Source of the DNA: Podarcis tiliguerta
Lineage: Eukaryota
Assembly: GCA_965153285.1 (NCBI GenBank)
Contig: OZ229115.1
Direction: 5' to 3' (one strand)
DNA: 64,000 nt
Made by a program: the position numbers and the translations under genes. The notes under the pieces were generated by a model, which was given only the letters and a program-made list of their open reading frames with translations, searched no databases and was not told the DNA's origin. Of the stretch, positions 59,454-64,000 are shown piece after piece (position 1 is the first letter of the stretch; every line of letters starts with the position of its first letter).

Positions 59454-61162
59454 TGTAGGCTTCAGAATGGGTGCTACAGTTCAACAAACGGAACGGAGGA
59501 GGCGAGTGCAATTCTGTAAGACATGGATGAGTTTACTTGTAACTGGTGAGCAGGATTCAGCCTCACAGAACAGAACTCAAGCTTCCCATTACCTACAGCC
59601 ATTTTAACTACTTAATCTTCATATCAAATGCAGTTTGATATCTTTATGGTTTTTAAGTTTCTGTCATATTTGATCCTGAAGAGGTGCACAGTTTTCTTTA
59701 TACAAGTTTTTCTGGGACCTTTATCTAATTCCTGTGAGTTGAATCTTTTGATGCCAGTTAATTTCTCTGATTCAGTTCTCTTTGCCAACTTCTCTCGTCT
59801 TAAACTTCAATAATAAAAAGCCAGCTGCCTCTTCAGTATCTTCTCTAGCTCCTAAGCTGATTTTTTTATATCCAGCATACAAAAAATAATGTCATCTACA
59901 TGTAGATCCGCCCCGCTGTCTCCACAGACATGGGGACACCAGCACAGGTGCAAACAAACATTGCAGAGCCAACTCCCTCACAAAGGATGGTCTGCTTGCT
60001 TGCCCTGTCTTGGGATTGTGGCCACTTGCCACACTAATAGCTGTGCCTGCCCCACTCTTCAAAAGTAAGGTGCAGGGTGTGTGTTGCTTGTTGGACCAAC
60101 ATCTTAGCTTGCTCTTAGCCATTTATCCTCTTATGTCCCTGCTGAACCTTGTAACCTGTAGTTTGCCTTATGTACTGATCTGATTTGAGCATTAAAGCTT
60201 TTGGAAGATGTATATAGCTGTTCAGTTCAGTTCTTCATTTGGCAGTATGGCAAGGACCACGGACAGCCCACCCATGAGAAGGACTGAGGCAGCTGCCTCA
60301 GGTGGTGAAAACGCATGAGGTGGCACCCATCTGGTCGCCCCGCCACTTCCACCACTGGTAGAGAGGTGGTGCCATTTTCTGGCTTCTCACAAGATCTTGC
60401 CAGAACCGACTGGTGCCACTTTGCAGGCACTAGGTAAGGGATGCTTCTGTGGGGATGGCGCAGCAGCGGCACTTTCCTAATGTGCCTCAGGTGACAAAAT
60501 GGGATGCACCACCCCTGGCTAGGACACTTTGGAGGCAGAGCTGGTGTTGCCTCTTGCAAGCAGCCACTATTTTTATTGAGGCAATGCTTTTTCATCTAAG
60601 TAATATAGCATTAGCACAATGATAAAGAAGTTTAAAATCAATGATAAAAAACCCAACAATCAATTGCTGACAACAAAACATTAGAGGCAAGGATGAGGCA
60701 CAAAGATACACAACAAATCATATATTATATCAAGATGAATGAAAATCAAGCAACATAACCAAGAAAATATGAGTAGCAAAAGACCACAAGGTGGAAATAT
60801 TACCAACTGTCACCAAAAGGTGAATACATTGGTATTATTTGAGAGTCTTCCCCCCACCCTTTCTTGTGTGTCATTGTTGCCCTGGAATAAATACCAAGTT
60901 GAAATGAATGATTCCGGTCTAGATGGATCTCTGGCCTCTCTCAGCTGACATGTTAAATTAATGTTTGTTCATTACCTCCCATACTTTCCTTATCTAATCC
61001 TTTTGAGAGGGTAGCTCCAGCTGCCTCCATTTACATGATTGAAACAGGCAATTTTTGGAGCCAAGTAAGGCTGCCATTCTTAAAACACTTACAAAGGAGT
61101 TCAGCTCCACTGAACATACTGAGACTTACTTCCAAGTAAACAGGGATATATGATCCTTGTGG

Positions 61163-61383
61163 CAGTGGCGGAGCTTCATGCTCCGGCACCAGGGGAGCGG
61201 AGAGCAGGCGGGGGTGCGGCTGGCGCGCATCCTGGGGGCATGGTGTGCTGCCTGCAGGGACGTGGTGTGCGTCCTGGGGGCGTGGCGCCCAGTGTGGGTG
61301 GGGGGGTAGCCACAATGGCACCCCACTGGGATCACGCTGCCGGGGGCGGTGCGCTCCCCCGCACTCCTCTTCCTCCGCCAGTG
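61163..61383. mobile_element. GC/CpG-rich hAT MITE in CNTN2 5' intron
   Basis: TIR cagtggcggag / ctccgccagtg; perfect TSD ccttgtgg. Confidence 0.9.
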
Positions 61384-64000
61384 CCTTGTGGTGATACAAG
61401 GGATAATGTTTCCAAGTAGTAAAGGAACCTAGAATCCTTTTGGACATGACATTTCTAATTTCCCCACCAGTTGCCCGGGCAATGGAGCATTCCTACTACC
61501 ATAAAGTGGTAAAAAGTATGCACTTCCCTTCCAACACATAGGACTATATTGATGGGAGATCCTTTGTGTGATCTAGTTAAAGTACTATATCATCAATGCA
61601 TGTTAGCCCTGGACGCTATGTAATAAGAACAAGTTTCCTCTGAGCAAGAGCAGAGTACCTTTTTTCTTTCCACAGAGCAAGCACAAATGACCCCTAAACA
61701 TTTGCATACTGAGCCCTGACACTTTTCATAAATATGCCACTACAATGAAGGTACGATGCTAGTAATACTCACCAGATTCCAAAGCCACTTCATTCAGGCA
61801 AGTATCATTGCCCAGAATGCAGGATACACACACCCTATTCCTTTTGGAATCTGAGGTTCTTTGCTAGTTCAATTAAGAAACAAAGGCTGACCCAAATCAT
61901 CTGAAAATCCAAAGGTTATTTTTAACATGACATTAAATACCTTGAGTCTTTCTGGTGATGCACATGTAAGTGCTATTAATGAAGGCAGAAGGAGGAAGTG
62001 AGCTGCTGTTATGAACTTAGGTACATTTCAACCCATATGGATTCCACATCTGAATTATACACACATGGCTTGCAAATATATAAAGAAAAAGAAAATAAAC
62101 AACTCTTATAGCATCACATGGGAAAACACTAAGTCTGCACCTCTTGCACCATTATTCACTTGGCCTTTCATGACACTTCTGCCACGTGAGGACGGCTTGC
62201 TGGGCTTGCATTATTTGCGACTAGGTTCACCACCTGCACAACACTTCTTCACTCAGCTGTTTCTCTCTCACAAGAGTAAAGCTAAGCAAAACACTTTCCA
62301 TATTAAGAAAAGCAAATTTGGAAGGGGGAATCAGAAGAGAGGGTAGCAAAAGGGCAAGTGTAGGACAACGGATTCTGCTTGCCATACAACCTTGGACAAA
62401 TCAGTTTTTAAGAAGTCCTGATTGTTGCAGTACTCTGTATTGTGTAATAGATATATAACATGCATATTCATGTATATTTAAGTAATTCACAGGGTCTGTA
62501 TATAAACTAGTATTGACAACACAATGAGCCATGAATGAAAGATGTGGCATAGCCGCCTTCACAATTTCTGCTCCCAGACTTCAAATTCAGCATGCTTGGT
62601 TTACACAGTAGAAAGACAGTATCACTGGGTACAAGTCCTTTGGGATTTGCAAAGTCAGCCACCTGAGCCCTTCCATCTCTCATAGCCATCGTGGCAAGAA
62701 ATCCTTTCATCTACGCTGTTTCGAAGATTCATCCATTAACCTGTTTAATCAAAAAGCATCCAGATTTCATCTAAAATCCAATCATGATAATTGCCTTAAA
62801 ACCAAGGTCTGCAGTTTTGTGCATGTTGTGAAGTTCCAGGCCATGAGCTAGATGCAGAACTAAATTATACCAAAGTTATGAGGTTACTGAATACAGTTTT
62901 GGATCAAATGTCTCCCTAGACTATTTATTTGTTTGTTTGCTTATTAAAAAGATGGATGATGCAAAATTGCTCTCTCTCTTTCTCCTCTGTATCAGCTCAG
63001 CAGGTAGAGTCAGCACAAAACCAGCTACATTTAGTTAGTCAAATGAGCAGATTTGTCTCAAAGACACAGGGGGTGCAGACAGAGTTGAGTAAGGAGGAGG
63101 CTGTGCTGATTATAACTGAGCTCTCCATTTTCTTGCTTTATAAAATATAGATGCTGTATTCAAATGAAAGTGAATCTGGTCCCTTCTCTCCCTGGGCATT
63201 TAGCCTAAACAAACTATAGTGTCAGGGGAATAAATGGCTGAATAGGCAATCACATAATAAAATAACAGCAGTAGAACTGCAATAATTTTGGGTGTGTTAA
63301 TTCTCCTGTCTTTTTCGCCCTGCCTTCCAGTAGTTCATGAGTGACTATTACAATTTGAACCCCAGCTACTGTTGCTCTGAATTTACAGACTTCAGACTCA
63401 GTTTCTATTACTTCCAAAAGTACAAAATGACTATATAGTGCTCAGAGCTCTATGACTCACATAATGATATTTCAACCGCCATTTCTTTCTTCATTTTAAG
63501 ACCTCTTTTACACCTACATTTCTGGTGCATGTGAACGTAAGGCTGGGCTCATAAGCACCACTTATATGGAGGGAATGCTTATTTTAGCAACAGGATGACC
63601 ATTCCTCATTTCGGATGATCCCAGCACTGTTGATCTTCATCAGTTTGTTAACAGTAGCTTGGGCTTTTCAGACAGCCATACAGCAATCACTACCTAAAGC
63701 TTCCTAAGTTTTATTTCTAAAAATATTTTCAACCAAGAAAAAAACCAAGGCAGGAAGGGCCAACCAGAACCTAGCAGTGCTAAGAAAGCTGATTATATTT
63801 GATAAAAGGTGTGGCATATCTACTTCACAATCTGAAAAGCTCTTTTTTCACTATGCATTTAGACACCTCTAAAGACAGTGGGCTATATCTAATGTTAGTC
63901 AGAGCGGACCCATTGAAATTGATGGGTCGTTAATTTCTTTGGGTTGACTCAAAATAGGGATTTGCTGGATATAACCCATCAAAAGCAATTTTTGCATCAT

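Noticed and set aside
59514-64000. CNTN2 promoter / non-coding exon 1
   Set aside because: There is no convincing CpG island apart from the MITE and no supported exon; it probably lies beyond the window.
1-64000. CRISPR arrays, rRNA, snoRNA/miRNA or prokaryotic systems
   Set aside because: This is an intron-containing vertebrate locus, and the hairpins I saw are explained by MITEs. An Rfam/Infernal scan would be needed to exclude small RNAs fully.

Overview
Vertebrate genomic DNA from a squamate reptile. A Sauria SINE, BovB and young L2 copies indicate a lizard or snake; a lacertid is plausible but is only an inference. The window holds the conserved syntenic block RBBP5(+) - TMEM81(+) - CNTN2(-). 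It contains the last 8 exons of RBBP5 (117..10234), an intronless TMEM81 ORF (13902..14696, 264 aa) and the complete 22-exon CDS of contactin-2/TAG-1/axonin-1 (59453..23365, minus strand). I assembled CNTN2 by hand to 3111 nt = 1036 aa + stop, with all introns GT-AG and phases consistent. Introns and UTRs carry many transposons (hAT and Tc2-type MITEs with TSDs, L1, L2, CR1, BovB, tRNA-derived SINEs), several of them nested. I found no prokaryotic-type system and no new gene family. The best leads are RNA-processing ones: (i) a candidate alternative last exon of RBBP5 with its own poly(A) signal, next to an internal donor and a YGCY cluster; (ii) sense-oriented L1 and L2 tails carrying AATAAA in the last two CNTN2 introns, which could yield GPI-less secreted contactin-2; (iii) the 5' region of the fertilisation factor TMEM81.
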